Assembly (NCBI GenBank): GCA_977030845.1
Contig: OZ365113.1
Coordinates: forward strand, 14,384,001 to 14,448,000
DNA from: Fimbriosthenelais zetlandica
Taxonomy: Eukaryota
Direction of reading: 5' to 3'
DNA: 64,000 nucleotides
Position 1 is the stretch's first letter, and each line of letters begins with the position of its first letter. Below are positions 1-13,803 of this stretch, piece by piece. A program made the translations under genes and the position numbers. The notes beneath the pieces were generated by a model. The model saw only the letters and a program-made list of their open reading frames with translations. It ran no database searches and was not told where the DNA came from.

Positions 1-3000
1 TGTGCCAGGGAACGTAAATTCTGATGGTACCAAGCATTTCAGTTTAAAGGTCAATGTGGTTCATCTAATCCCTTTCCCAGAAGATAAGAAAATGCAATAT
101 CAATTAATATGGTACGAGATGCGAGATCTGGGACGAGAGCTCTTGGGTACAGTCGGTCTTTACTCGTTTCCCTTGGCTCCCTCTCTCCCTGGTGTGTGAG
201 GAATTTCTCAGATCCTTAAAATGAAGTTTCCAGGTGTGTCATAAATCATGTCTCACAAAACAAACAAGGCCTTGGCTCTCCTCGCAGGTGAGAGAAGCTG
301 TATCGGTAATGTGTTCCACATTGATGCTCTAAATAAAGAACTGGGTACCGTAGCATGATGTGAGATCATTTTATTACCAGTAAATATCTTCTGAATACCT
401 ATATTGGTCTATGATATACAGAATAAAAGTCTGCTTTGAACAATAATTATGATATTGATCTCAGAGTTTTTTAAGGTAAGGCAGAAAATATGGCCTCCGA
501 ATGTTGCCTTTGGCTATAAGATCAATCGCTTTAACTTGTCAGTCAAAGTGATTGGTCTGGAGATAGGACTTCCACTTCATTGGTTAGCCTCGGGCTACAG
601 TCTGATACATGAGGATATCAATGGACAAACTCGGCCTAGCGCTCCAGAATCTGATGTGATCTAACCGTTAGGGTCTGTCTAAAAAAGGTTTTAAAAAGTT
701 GGGATAATATAGTGGGTACGGACCTCGTATGGTCGGCTGGGTAGATGGGGATGATTAGAGCTACACCTTGATTAAGGCAGTTTAGATTTTTTGTTTTAGT
801 CATTTAGTCAGTTATATGATACATTTTATCGGCTCCATAAAGTGGGAAAAAGTCGGCATGTAAGAGAGAGTGTTAAAGTGAGAGAGTATGTGAGGGCATT
901 TGAAGGGAGGGAGGTATGGGAGTTTGATACTTTGATCTACTGTGACCCGAGGTTAGGGATCAGAGCCAGAGGTAGTGAAACATATAGCTCCAAGCTGAAA
1001 CAAGAGCAGGAATTCAAAAAAATAATTCACTGAAGAGTGAAAATTGGAAACGGAGCAGTAGCCTACAACAAAGTTAGACATTGTCAAATAGTACTTTTGG
1101 CCTTTCTTTTGCTGAGGAGGAGGTTGTCTTTGGCAAGTTTTCTTTTGGTTTGGCAGGAAACTGTCAGATTTTCATCGGCATTTTGGGACTTGTGATTATA
1201 CTGTCATTCCTGACCATGGACTGCCTCGGGAGTAGAACAGAAGAGATTCACAAGAGTCCATAAACTATTCGTTTACCTCGGGGCATAATAACACTGAGCT
1301 ATACTTGTCATGATGTGCTGTACAATGCCGTGATGGCCTTTATGTACACATTGCACCTATAGGTTCAAACTTCTCATTTTATCCTTTCATATTACTTACT
1401 GAAAGTGATACTCGGACTGGTGTGTTGAAACTGATAGATTATATATCATTATGCTCATCATGTTTCATTGTCTCTTCTTCTTTATACAAAATAATGCCCT
1501 TGTTATTAATATCTGGATATCTCTCCATACGACCATACTAATATAAGCAAGTAGAAAAAGCAAAGAACAAGAAGAATATCATATCTCATCAAGTCTACTT
1601 CTCCCATACATCAGATATGACATTAATTTGTCTCATTATATCAAGTTACTAGTTTTTCTCGATAACACGACCAGTAGAAATGCTATTATTTTATGGCAAA
1701 CAGAGTATAATATATTATATGAATACTGGAGTAGAGGCATAATGGTGTGTACCAATTATTGTACATCATATTTGCTGAGAGCTGTGTGAAGTGAGGTTGT
1801 TGCCTTGGAAACACCAAAGCTCCAGTGAGTCCTGGAGGGCTTTCCACCATTGCTCCACCCGGTTCCATGTATACATTCATCTGTCCCGTTTACCGTTACT
1901 TTGATGTTTTGTGATTTAACACTGGAGGCGAGCGAGCACCTGGGACGTATTGGGCTGTTTCAATATTCATTCCTCAACAAACGCCTCATCCATAACAGCA
2001 CTGTCTCCCTAAATACACATACTTTTCACATTAATTTCCATTCACTAACCGATCTGTTTTTCTTATAAATATGATTCGTTTGGAATAAGGCAAATTCACA
2101 AATGGTATGATACACATTTTGCATTTAATAAGTTAACTGATCATTTACCCTGAACGGCACGAGTGGATTGGACTCTTGGATTGCTGTAACTCTAAACCAT
2201 GTATTAGGAAGCTTTGTTGTGTAAATGCTCCCTTCTTATTCATGCTAGTCACTCGTTGGCCAATTAGCATTAGTGGTCCTTGTAATGAACCTGGAGTTAT
2301 TCACAGCAGGTATTAAGTCCGCCTGCCATAATTGGCCACCCATAGAGAATGACTATAGTGTTTACAGGTGTTTAGATTGACTACTGACAGAAGGTCACTT
2401 CCAGGCAGCCTTTCCTCTATGTAGATGAGGGTCCGTATGGCATACCATTCTCTATAGAACCCAGGGCAAAGATCATTAATATGTTTGGTCTAACTTTTTC
2501 TCGTCCATGCTTTTGCTTCTATCAGAATAGCGTCACCCAATAATACTGAGAGCTTATAGTCTCTCCATAGAATAATGTGTCTACTAGGTAGATAGGCTAA
2601 GGCTAAGTGTAGTATGACATAAATCTGTCTGAAGGACTTGAGTGCTCCCCCCTCTTTGTTACCCAGCTTAATGCCCTCTCTTGACCATTAATCCAGATTG
2701 AGCTTTTATATCAAGTGCTTAAGTTGAATGGATTCCATGAGAAATTATTAAATGGGCCAAACATTTTAGTGCAGGTTGTTTTTGTGGTGCTATCTTTTAC
2801 AGTGCAGCTGTAGATAGACTGATACAGTTGTTTTCCTCTGATTACCGTTGGATGTATTGTGTACATGTATTTTATTCTATTTCTGGTCATGGGTTGATTT
2901 TATCTCAGCATCATGTATCATGAACAGAGACAACCATTCTGTAATGTAGGAAGTGCTCTCATGGCTCTCACTGATCATAAATGCCCCTGAGATTTACATC

Positions 3001-5982
3001 ATGACGTCAGGGACCCCAGGGCCAGGGCATATAATTCTCATAGAAGTGCCTTGCTGGAGACTACATGTCCTCTGCGTGCTGACCTTTAGCATGTAGTAGC
3101 TGACCCTTCACAAAAGCTGACCCCCAAAACCGCCCAGAGACATGCCTCAAGCAGGTCCCTGTGGAGTAGACCCACGTCTTGCTAAGGCCATCGATTTTGT
3201 GTATTTGATATTTAAATGATATTAACTTCACTGGACACTCTTTGTCTGCAGCGTATTTCACATAAGCCCTCATAAAATCCTCCACTGGTCGGTAGCATTA
3301 GACTCGTTGTGGGCCTTCTCAGATATATTATATTATCTTGAGCATTAAGGCTAGTCCATTGTGGACCCAATGGCTATGAAATATGGATTGCCTTCTACCA
3401 CTGCAGGGAGGGAAGGTCATGGTTTCTAGTGGGTGGGACGAGCTTGGTTTAAGCAAGAAAGATGACTACAGGAGGAAAAACAGCCATCATACATCATGCG
3501 TGCAGGCAATTTGTTGTGGTCAGTGGCAGAGGTGTAGAGATCAGCAATGAATATGGAATGAGAAATACATGTAAAATCACATAGTGATGAATAGACTCAT
3601 GCATCCCTTCAGCCTCTAAGCCAAGAAGTATATTCAGACTAGTTTTACCCTATAGAATATCTCAAATTGCCTTTGATAGTATCTCCACTTCCACATCCCA
3701 ACATTTTTCTTATTAATATTAATATAATGTTCTGGCTTAATTGATGTTGGTTCATGTAAGGAAGCTGCATGCAGATATATATGGTTCATGTCAACCATCA
3801 GCATGGCATGAATTTTGGTGATATATATGATTCACATTGTATTGTGGATGTCACCCTTTTTGACAAGAATTGGATGTACCATGTAAAACTATTGGAAATT
3901 TCCTACTTATGGAGGTCTAATGTGTTTGGCTAGGATTGCTAGCCGTGTTTAAGGGCTGCAGTAGCCGCTAGTAGTTGGCTTGTATTGCAATCATGAAGCT
4001 GGAGCTGGAGACTGGTTATTGATGCATGGGCTGATCCTTGGATTTACGACCCGCTGACATGCAGCTCTCTTCAACGCTAGGAAAGTACCAACGGCTGAGC
4101 TTGAGCAAGGGTCACATCAAGCCATCCGACTGACAGATTTGTCAATGGCAGTGAGATAAAGCAGATGATGATTATTCAAATTGAGACACTAATCAATTGA
4201 CAAATCACTGAATGACCTCTCAAGAGAAAAGGATCCACTGATGTGATTCACTGATATTCTTGCAATGAGTGACATTCAAAGATTCAGATGATTGGCTTGG
4301 TCTGGACCCTATATGGAAATCTGAAAAGGGGTAGGGCTTCAACCTACCTTTTAGCCTAGTAAATTGCGTTCCTCTTATCTGCATTTATAATATATTTTCG
4401 ATTTATATTTGTGACTGACCTTCGGTCAATCCATGGTTAAATTAGCTTCGGAAAATATGTGTATTGTATTAGCATGTATTAACATTTGATTAAAATCAAC
4501 CAAAAGCTATGCATATTCTGTATACGCCCAATACCATTATATCCCATTTTCCTATTATAGTAAAATTTTCTTTACAATCCTCGGATATCAAGGGCAACTT
4601 CCATGTATACGCTAGGCTTCCCGATCACATTAAGCCCCTCTAAGGGATTACCATTTGTCCTGAGACATGCAGCACTGCTTACCATGTTGGGATTTATGAC
4701 AAGTTGTCAGTGGCTGCCCTTCATACCCTAATATAGGCTTATAATAACCAGTGAAGGGCAGACGTGAGGCAGCATGCTAAGGAGATATTAACTTTGCCAG
4801 GGTTTGAACATGCCATAAGCAAATGATGTTCTCCTCATTGAAGGCTTCGTAGACTCGTCTACTTTTACTCGAACATATGTACACGTATAGGGATCTACCT
4901 TTGGTGCTAAATGACCAATATTTAGGATATATTGTTATAATATTAACATTTTTTCCAGTATATGTTTGTTTTGAAATGTTGAGGTATTGTAAAGTGCATG
5001 GATGCTGGTTTTATTCAGGTTAAATGTATCCAGATGATGAGGCGCTCAAAGGGAAAGGTTTGTCATTCCTGCCTGTTGGTTAATAGAAGCCATTAAGTTG
5101 TGTGTTCTGCTTCAGTCTCGTATTATGCCATTGAACATATGAACTTTTTAATTATTATCAATCATCAACAATTATTTATTAACTGATTGAAATCTCTATA
5201 TCGCTTCTACACTCTAAACGCTGCCAAACTTGTTCAGTCTTTTACAGTCATTCTTCGGATTGCTAGATTCACTCCTGAAATTTTTTAACATGAATTTGAT
5301 GATGGTAAAAGACTGTTCTAATAGGGTGTGCGTTCAAAGTGGCACATGTGCATTGCAGCATTTTATCCAGTGAATTGTAGCAATTTAAATCAAAAAAGAA
5401 CACTACACTATTCAATACCAATTTTGATGTGGTTTGTTTTAGCTTCGCTTTACAATCCAATGAAATGCATTTCCAAATTAAAAAGGCGACATTTTGTATT
5501 CCCCCACAAATTTATATGTTCTCCTCATTGCTGCAAATATGCTTTATTCCTCTTGAATCTTTGGAAGGAATATCAATATTAATTAGGGATTACGTCAGAC
5601 TATTTCACGGATTGTGTTGTATACATAAAGCCTTCGCCATTCGAACTCAGGCTTTATACCTCCACAACACAACTCGTGGACTAGCTTAGGTAATTAATCC
5701 CTCAATAAAAACTCGACGCTTCATACCAATAAGTATGCCTTAGAATCAAGGCTTTATGGTTATGAGTAGTATATAAAGAAGGAGGCAGCAGGTCTAATTA
5801 AGGCATCTACATATGGAGGGATAAATCCCAGGCCAAAAAAGACAAAAATATCAGTTACATAGGTATTAGGTAAACGTCCTGAACCTTTAAGGCTAATGTG
5901 TATTTTTATATTTAAATCCTGTTATTCGAACATCCATTTCCTCGGCCTCATGATTTTAACAATGCTTTCTGCTCTCTTTCAG

Positions 5983-8307
5983 GTCCTGACACCTCAGAAA
6001 TTTGGAGGCGTGTATGTTTATGACCAACCAAACGCTGGTTACCAAGACTACGATGTACCTCCATCCAGGTACTTTCCGAAGCAGATGCCGCCTGCCGGAC
6101 CCCAACAGTCCTTTGACGGTCCACAGGCTTTATACGACACCCCGAGTTCCTTGATCAGTAACAAACGAGCCGTGAACAGTGATGTTACTGAAGTCTATGA
6201 TGTTCCCCCACCAGCTGCTCATGCTCACATTCCAGGTGGTGCCCTCTATCCAGCCTCTAATCGTTCAAGTACAGCCTCCATGCGTTCCACTGGTTCCACC
6301 ATGAGCAGTATGTCTAGTCCTTGTGGTGCTACTGGAAGTAACCCACCCAGTACTTGTGGCTCAACACGCTCAAGCATAGAAGTACAGGATATATATGATG
6401 TGCCTCCTCCAGCTAAGGCAGTAGTACAACCCGCCAAATCTCCCCTGGTAATAGACCAACAACAATGCACTGTGGATCCAATGGGCATATATGACACTCC
6501 ACCAAAACAACCCGGTGCCAAGATTCTCATAGAGGACTTCGATCATGAGGCGTCTCAGAGAGATGCTGATTCAGGTATAGAAGCTTTTAAGGAGGAGAAT
6601 GCCTATGAAGCACCTCATAATAAGAGCTTTAGTGGCGAGAGAAGAGAACATTATATTGATGATATCTATGACAGACCCACTAACAATGCCCGGGCTGTAG
6701 CATGGGGCCAGCAGGGTCGTGTACAGGGCTTACAGGTTACAGGGGGTACAAATGATGGCTCTGTATATGACATCCCACCTCAGGTGACCAGGGACTCGGC
6801 AATTTCTATGCGTTCGGACACTAGTTCTCTCCTTGATGATATAAGCAATAGATTGTCGTCCTGTAGTGTTGCTTCTAGTGGTTGTTCCTCTGATATTCCA
6901 CCTATACCTTATGACGAGCTCCCACTGGACATTGACTCTGCCATGGAACTGTTGGTCAAGCTTCAGCAGGAAGTGCACAGTGCCACTTCCAGGCTGCTCA
7001 GTTTTGTACATAGCTCATGGCGCGAGCGCAGTGAACTTGAACCAAAGCTTTATGACATTCGCTTAGGCTGCCTAGGTGTGCAGGCCACACTGCAGGAGTT
7101 TGTAGATTTTGGACAAGGTGCCTTGGCCAATTCAGCCAAGGCTGATGACAAAAAACTGGTCAAAAAGCTCAGTCAGCTCCTTGAGCCTTTACAAGGAAGC
7201 AAAAAATCGGTCAACAAATGCTTGCAACATCTTAATGAAATTAAATGGGCCATTCACGAACTGACAGATTGTGAGAAACAGGGGGAGGCTGATGCCCTTG
7301 GCTGTATAGTGTCCCAGGCCAAGGACATCCCAACCAATGTTAGGACAATGGCTTCCTGCATACAAGGAAATTCAACTTTACTTTTCAAAAGGTCAACGCA
7401 GCAAGATGAGAATTCATCATCTGCCCAGTCATCACCAAAGAAAGCTCCCCCAGTCCGGCCCAAACCACCGGTTCTTCCAAAACCAAAAGGGCCGGTCAAG
7501 CAGGAGGTCACCCTTGAACGGCGGACCAGCGTTCAAGACCGGCCTTTGCCACCTCCGCCACAAATGCAGGAGCTGGCTTCTCCAGGGATGGATGATCACG
7601 ATACTTCTGGTGTGTACGAGGTACCACACGGAGATGAGGAGCCTGAGGATGACAAAGTCAAGTACACCAAGGCTGACTTCATGGAGGATTATGACTATGT
7701 GCACCTGGAGAATCGCCCGCCTCACAATCAAGACAGTGCAGGAATCGGAGGAGAGGATGAAACAGACAGTGGCATTGTTTCCAATGATTCAGGATCTGGT
7801 CTCAGTGCCAGATTCAAAGAACGCTTGGACCAAATACAAGGCAATGGTGCCATTGACAATAACAACACCCCTACTAAAACCAGCCACAAACATACCTACC
7901 TTCATCCCAATGACAAACAGTTATTGATGTTCTATGCTGGACAAGTAAGCACCCACACCACGCAACTTGTGAATGCAATCGATGCCTTCTTCCAGTGCAT
8001 CGAATACACTCAGCCTCCTAAGGTGTTCATAGCACATAGCAAGAATGTAGTACTTGCAGCTCACAAAATGGTTTACATCTGTGACACTTTACACAGGAAC
8101 TTGATGAGTGAGGAGGTGAGAGTGAAGGTGATGGCATGTGCTAATTATCTCTGTGACTGCCTCAAGCTCACAGTGAATACCACCAAGAATGCAGCCCTAC
8201 AGTTTCCTAATGTCGTCACTGTACAAGAGATGGTTGACAGAGTGGTGGACGTGTCACACGCAGCAAACGAGATCAAACTCCTCATCACGCAAGCAGCAAT
8301 ATTATGA
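5983..8307 (+). CDS. BCAR1: Terminal coding exon of a Cas-family adaptor (p130Cas/BCAR1/NEDD9-like); SH3-encoding 5' exons lie upstream of the window
   Basis: Acceptor ctctctttcAG ends at 5982 and the exon opens in phase 0 with VLTPQKFGGVYVYD. About 10 YxxP substrate motifs (YDQP, YDVP x3, YDTP x2, YEAP, YDRP, YDIP, YEVP). Src SH3 ligand RPLPPPP and Src SH2 site YDYVHL. C-terminal FAT-like domain (QPPKVFIAHSKNVVLAAHKMVYICDTL). Stop TGA 8305-8307. The first 29 aa of the ORF-track protein are intronic read-through. Which vertebrate paralogue is closest cannot be resolved. Confidence 0.95.
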   Translation, partial: VLTPQKFGGVYVYDQPNAGYQDYDVPPSRYFPKQMPPAGPQQSFDGPQALYDTPSSLISNKRAVNSDVTEVYDVPPPAAHAHIPGGALYPASNRSSTASMRSTGSTMSSMSSPCGATGSNPPSTCGSTRSSIEVQDIYDVPPPAKAVVQPAKSPLVIDQQQCTVDPMGIYDTPPKQPGAKILIEDFDHEASQRDADSGIEAFKEENAYEAPHNKSFSGERREHYIDDIYDRPTNNARAVAWGQQGRVQGLQVTGGTNDGSVYDIPPQVTRDSAISMRSDTSSLLDDISNRLSSCSVASSGCSSDIPPIPYDELPLDIDSAMELLVKLQQEVHSATSRLLSFVHSSWRERSELEPKLYDIRLGCLGVQATLQEFVDFGQGALANSAKADDKKLVKKLSQLLEPLQGSKKSVNKCLQHLNEIKWAIHELTDCEKQGEADALGCIVSQAKDIPTNVRTMASCIQGNSTLLFKRSTQQDENSSSAQSSPKKAPPVRPKPPVLPKPKGPVKQEVTLERRTSVQDRPLPPPPQMQELASPGMDDHDTSGVYEVPHGDEEPEDDKVKYTKADFMEDYDYVHLENRPPHNQDSAGIGGEDETDSGIVSNDSGSGLSARFKERLDQIQGNGAIDNNNTPTKTSHKHTYLHPNDKQLLMFYAGQVSTHTTQLVNAIDAFFQCIEYTQPPKVFIAHSKNVVLAAHKMVYICDTLHRNLMSEEVRVKVMACANYLCDCLKLTVNTTKNAALQFPNVVTVQEMVDRVVDVSHAANEIKLLITQAAIL

Positions 8308-8998
8308 TGACATTATGTGAAGTTCAAATAATGATGTTCTTGCTTTGAGATAAGCCACTCAGAGATGATAACTAATGAAAGATGTGAATATATTGCATAA
8401 TCATATTGCTAATTCCTCATATAATACATATATAGATATACACATGTATAGTATATATGTATTTATAATCGTATATCAGAGTGCTGTATTTGTCTTAGTA
8501 CGATTACTAATAACAGAAGAAGGTATGGTGGTGCACTGCTTGTCATGAAAACACTTGGTGACAGAGAAATCGCTTAATAGATTTTGTCGCGTATGTGCTG
8601 TACTATTTTTTCTATGTTGCGGGGTTGGAAATCCCTATAGACATGTCTAAATAATTGATGACCGTTCTAAAAATATGTCATTAATTAGGTAACTGTTCAT
8701 CCCCTGTGAAATGTCTTCTTTACCCAATAATGTATACTACATTTTAACTTAGAGTGAATTATTTGAAAGGACTATAGTATATTGGTTGTATGAGATTCCT
8801 CTTAAAACTAATTGGTGTAGAAGTTGTATTAGTGCTCCTAGAGATCTGTAGATCTTTGTAAATGTAAATACTGTCTTGTGTTTGCTCTCATGTTAATGTC
8901 TTATCCCCCTGTTTTATCTAGAGCTCCAGTCATGTAAAGTTTAATGAAGACATTTGACATTTTTTTTGGGGGGATAGGCTTCCCGGGTCAAAGTAAGC

Positions 8999-9004
8999 AA
9001 TAAA
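8999..9004 (+). other. Candidate polyadenylation signal for the BCAR1-like gene (second AATAAA at 9079-9084)
   Basis: AATAAA about 690 nt after the stop codon; usage not demonstrable from sequence. Confidence 0.4.
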
Positions 9005-11120
9005 CTCGATCAATCTGGTTAACATTGTGTTCCCCTTCACCTCCCTTTCCAGTGCCTAATGGGGGTGCACACACATACAATAAAGAACTTCACAGTGCAC
9101 GAAATTAGTTATCTTGGACGTAATTGTTGAAAAACCCGAATGCTTGCACACGTGTTGAAATTCCGAAATGAGATACCATTTGGAACTTTGCTTAATTTGC
9201 GATGATAAGGCATTGATAACATGTCTTTGAAACGACTCTTAGGAATTGGAGTTCATCTTCACTGTCCTAACCCTTAGTGTGTATGGACTTTAGTTTTAAT
9301 AGTGGTGTTTTGTGAAGATTGGCAATATTGTTGGCAATAGTGTGGCTTCTTGGTCTGGTGCTTACACATCATAATCTATGGAGAGTATATATGTGATTTT
9401 AGAGTACAATCTTATATACCGGTATAATGTTGATATTTGGTTCTGAAGAGAACCAGTGCATTTTACCTGAAATTACACACATCCTACTAAATTGAGATAT
9501 TTCGTTTCTTGGTGCTATGGTGGAAGTAGTTTGGCAGAATATTAAGAGACTCTATCCTGTCTCTGAAAATTGACATACCAAGACAAGATTTTTTTAGAGT
9601 TAGAGCTGATGTGCACGACATTCTAGGCAATCTTGAATCGCGACTCTTTTCATATCAATCCTGTCTTATATACTAATTAATGTTTTTGGCGGTTTTAAAA
9701 GTTTTATTTGAGGAAGAGGTGCATTACTGATTATTTATTATAAGCTATGCAAATAAGTGAGATCATTTATACATTATGTGAGACTTTTGCCTCGTACATA
9801 ATAGGATAGCCGAAGATTTTAAGGGAAATTCACTTAGTTTTATATGAAGTTCATGGCATCATCTTTATAAGTTATTGCTAGATTTTTATGATTGATCCAA
9901 TTGTCTTCTGTTCCAAATGAAATTAACAAGTTTTGACGATAATTATATATTGTTTTGTACAGTTATATTTCTATGCATGTAAGTATTGTAAGTGAGGTCC
10001 TGTACATATATATATAAATATATATCTTACACCATACAAATAAACCGTGTAATGTAACCAATGAGCCTCCTTTTTCATTATGTCCTTTGTAACATGATCT
10101 GAATATTAAATCTAAGGGAAATATCTGGAGAGGCAATCGACAGTCAAGCCAAGGTAGATTGGTAATGGCAATGTTCCACACAGGCCTCCTCCTCCTTTCT
10201 GACATGGTCTCGTTTCTTGGTACAGTGCTGCCACCAACGTCTGTCCATGATAAACCAGTTTCCTAGATTCCAGATGACAGAAGCAGTGCTGCCACCATGG
10301 AATACGTCATGCAGTAAGACTAAGAGGTTGCTGCCAAGTCCAGTTCACATTTTGGGGACAAGCTCAGATGGATATATTAAGTAAGTTATTTTTCGGAGCA
10401 AAACTAGGATATCAATACTGTGGATTAACTGTTTTTTTAATTCAGACAATCATCTCAATGCTCATTGATTGGCTTTTCAAAATAAAGACCCTTGACATCA
10501 AGGCCTGACTTGATCCGAAACTCATAAGTAGCAATATAAAATGAAATTAAAGTTGATGTATTATTTTCATTTACCGGTACATCACTATTGGAAATTAAAA
10601 CAATTCTAAAAATAATTTAATGGTACATCGGTCCCATTTCTTAGGCTACATATGGTTTTTCAATATCAAAATAATAGTTACTGGTATAATACTAGTATTC
10701 AAGAAATACTACATTTCATGTTTTCATTTCATCATTTTCTGTAGCGAGATAATATATTCACATTTCATTTTTGGCAGATCTTTTCACATTAAGACCCTAT
10801 TATGCCAAAGAAAAAATATTTTCCCATATTTGACTGTATGATTCTTAATATAATTGGTCTCTTATATTGCTATGTTCCCATTTCTGGGATGTATCAGTGC
10901 TATTTACTTGACATCCAACAATTCTCAATACACAGTTGGGACGATTCTGTTCTCAATAGACAAGGATATACAATTTAAGAAGTATTTTATAAATACTTCA
11001 GAAAGGTAATTACGTGTTTTTTTTTAGAGAAGAAGAAATCTGAGGTTTACAGTTCATTAACAAAAGTCCATTCATCACACACACTCACCCAGATTTACCA
11101 TAAGTTCACCTCACATCACG

Positions 11121-13174
11121 TCATCTTTTGCTGGTCCTCCGGATCTCTCGCTCCAGTTCAAACTGCCGTATGTCAGTGCGATTTAAGAACTGTTGCCGTT
11201 CAATGAACCTACAATTAAAGATGATATAGCATTAGATTTATCATTAAAACATTATTCGCATTTACAATAGGACTTACTGCCAATATTTAAGTTAGATACC
11301 TAAACGATTAAAAAAAATCAATTATTCACTTACCCGGCTTTCCCTCGATTATGTATCTGCAGTTCTTCTTCGATCCCCTCATCCTTTTTAAAAGTATTCC
11401 AGTCTAGTTTAGACTTCTCCTGAAAAAGGAACATTTTTTAGTGAAAACTTTTGTAACGCATACAGTATAACATGAGAAAGATGAAATTGTAAACAATGTC
11501 AAAGGTGAAAATATTTATTACTCACTAGTGTGCCAATCTTGGGTTTCTTGTTTATTTTCCCCAATACGCTACCAAGACCCCCACCAGGGCGTTTTAGGCT
11601 GAAAAAAAAGGAATATAATTTAAATTTGTAAGGCAATTGGCGATGTCGTAACGTGACATATGGGTTTTAATAGCACCATATATTTTACTCAGTTTCTGTA
11701 CATAATATCAATGGCTGACAGCATTAGAACCTACCCCGGCACAGAAGGTCCTGCTGACGGCGTTTCAGCTTCTTTACTCTGCTGTTTTAAATGATCCTTG
11801 GCTTCCTTGGATGCAGCATCGACTTCTTTTGTTACGCTAAATAAGAACAAATTAGACGAAAAATAACATGTACACGTGAATTAATGATATTTCAAACAAA
11901 TGCTAAAATTGATAAGAGTAGAATATATTATCGGTATCATAAATTACAGCGGAGAGCTCGAGCTACATAATATTTTTCATAAAATAATCAACAATGTTCA
12001 TAATCTTGATCATAAAATAGACATACCTGACAATTTCGCCAGCAAAGTCAAAATCTTTTGTGATGGTGATCTTTTGGGGCATGGTATTTTGTTCTTTTTC
12101 AGTTAAAGACTTCAATACAGGAGTTGGCACCTTCGAATCCGTGGTGCTGCCTACCTTCGGCTAAAATAAAACAATTGGAAAATTATAAATAATTATAAAT
12201 CAATGAATTATATAGTAAAAAGTTAATGTTCAGTTCTGAATTTTACTTTACCTTTACAGAGGATGTGAGGCTCGTGGTTTGAGTCGATGATGCTGCAGGC
12301 TTGGGCTTACAATGTGTAGGAATGTCTGACAGGAATGATGCCCACAGATCATCTGATTTTTTCTTCTCGGTGGACTCTTTCTTTTCCACTTGTTCTTTCT
12401 GGATAGCTTCCTCGAGATTCTTTTTGTGTTCCTCATCCTCTTTTTCTTCAGCAGCAGCTAACTGAGCATCAGCTTCATCCTCAAGTCTGATGCCCCCTTT
12501 TCGTTTCCTTCAAATTAATGATTATCATGTTTTAATCTAATTTAGGCTATTATCAATGTACGCTGGTATATTCATATAGGTAACGGTGACATATTAAGGC
12601 ATATAATTATTATATATGGTAGGCCTAAAAAACATGTGAATTATCATTTATATTTCACTTCTTTTAATTGGTATATTTTAAGTGTGAAGAAGTTCCAGTC
12701 CAAAATAACACAGGCATAAATTTAACATGAACAAAATAGTACTTTGCCTACCTGGAAGATGCTGGCACCTCTTTCTTCTTCTTTTTACCGATGTTTTTCC
12801 CTTTTGTAGTTTTACTTTTAGATCCAGTATCATCTCCAGCTTCATTTAACAGAGCGTTCACGTCTTCCTCTTCGCCAGATTCCTCTTCACTTCCTCCTTC
12901 CCCAGCATCTAAATTAAGACAATAAATCGTCAAATGCTTTTAGAGACGTGGTATCAGAGACGTCATACCACGGACAAGGTACAATGCCCTGTACTACTGT
13001 AGCCTACATAGTCATACTCATAGGCCTACCGGGACCGTGTCTACTGTTAACCCAAACTCGGTGAGAAGAAAGGAGATCGAACAGGATTTTACTGCAATAT
13101 ACCACATTTCACTCACCTTCTGGCACATAATCATCATCACTGGAGTCAGACCCGAAGTCCTCGTCACCAAACAT
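11121..13174 (-). CDS. CFDP1: Craniofacial development protein 1 / BCNT-domain protein (Swc5 orthologue), 8 coding exons, 317 aa
   Basis: Exons 13174-13117, 12908-12752, 12507-12252, 12160-12027, 11836-11735, 11598-11526, 11419-11334, 11208-11121 join in frame through GT-AG introns. Motifs: acidic N-terminus [37 protein letters not shown], and BCNT-C domain [39 protein letters not shown]. Confidence 0.96.
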
Positions 13175-13803
13175 CCTTTTTAATGCGCTAGGAATAGAGG
13201 TATGAAATAAATTATATGTTTCGCGGACTCAGGAACTACCTTACATGCGCAACGGAAGTAGCGGCCATTACTGTGAGGGTACTCCGCAGAAAATATTGAA
13301 TAGATAATGCACACACAGAATTAAAATATTCTCTATTATTCATGGACATTCATTACATTTTTAATAAATATTCTCATTAATTTCAATGTCTGGCAACTAT
13401 ATTATATATTTTATAATATTCAAGCTTCATTTGCTGCGGATTGCAAGTATGGAGACCGGAAGTCCTCAAATGCAGTAAAAGTTCCTTTAGTCATACGGAT
13501 TTTCTTGATTTTGACACGAATATTCACCCCGAATACAGGTAATTATTATCGAAAAACATTAATTGAAAGTTTTGAATCACAGAACATGATTAAAACTGGT
13601 TTGTAAGTTAGAATTATTCGAATAAATTATAGTTTTTCTCCTCTTGGGTAGGCCTGTGGCTTATGCCTTATGTCAGGGCAGGGCAGGGGAAGGCCGAGCT
13701 GCGAGCATCTCACACTAGTTCACGAACAGTAAAGTTGTTCACATATAAAAATAACCATTCTTATTTTTCAGCTTTATGTCGGAGGGTAAATTTCGAATTC
13801 AAA
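13175..13803. promoter_or_regulatory. Putative bidirectional promoter between CFDP1 and TMEM170
   Basis: Divergent ATGs are about 630 bp apart. ETS/GABP-type motifs CGGAAGT at 13253-13259 and ACCGGAAGT at 13455-13463. Confidence 0.65.

Noticed and set aside
400-1300. Possible degraded LINE endonuclease fragments (minus-strand peptides resembling QGVALII and TDPNG)
   Set aside because: Only 5-7 residue resemblances across stops and frameshifts, with no catalytic motifs, RT or poly-A tail. It needs RepeatMasker or tblastx to be supportable.
3061-3285. 74-aa minus-strand ORF in the BCAR1 intron
   Set aside because: No recognisable family, bounded by stops, no splice support.
5896-5982. ORF-track N-terminus of the 803-aa protein
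   Set aside because: Hydrophobic AT-rich read-through of the intron upstream of a clear acceptor, so not a real start or signal peptide.
6246-7927. Several overlapping antisense and alternate-frame ORFs within BCAR1
   Set aside because: Expected shadows of a long coding exon; no motifs.
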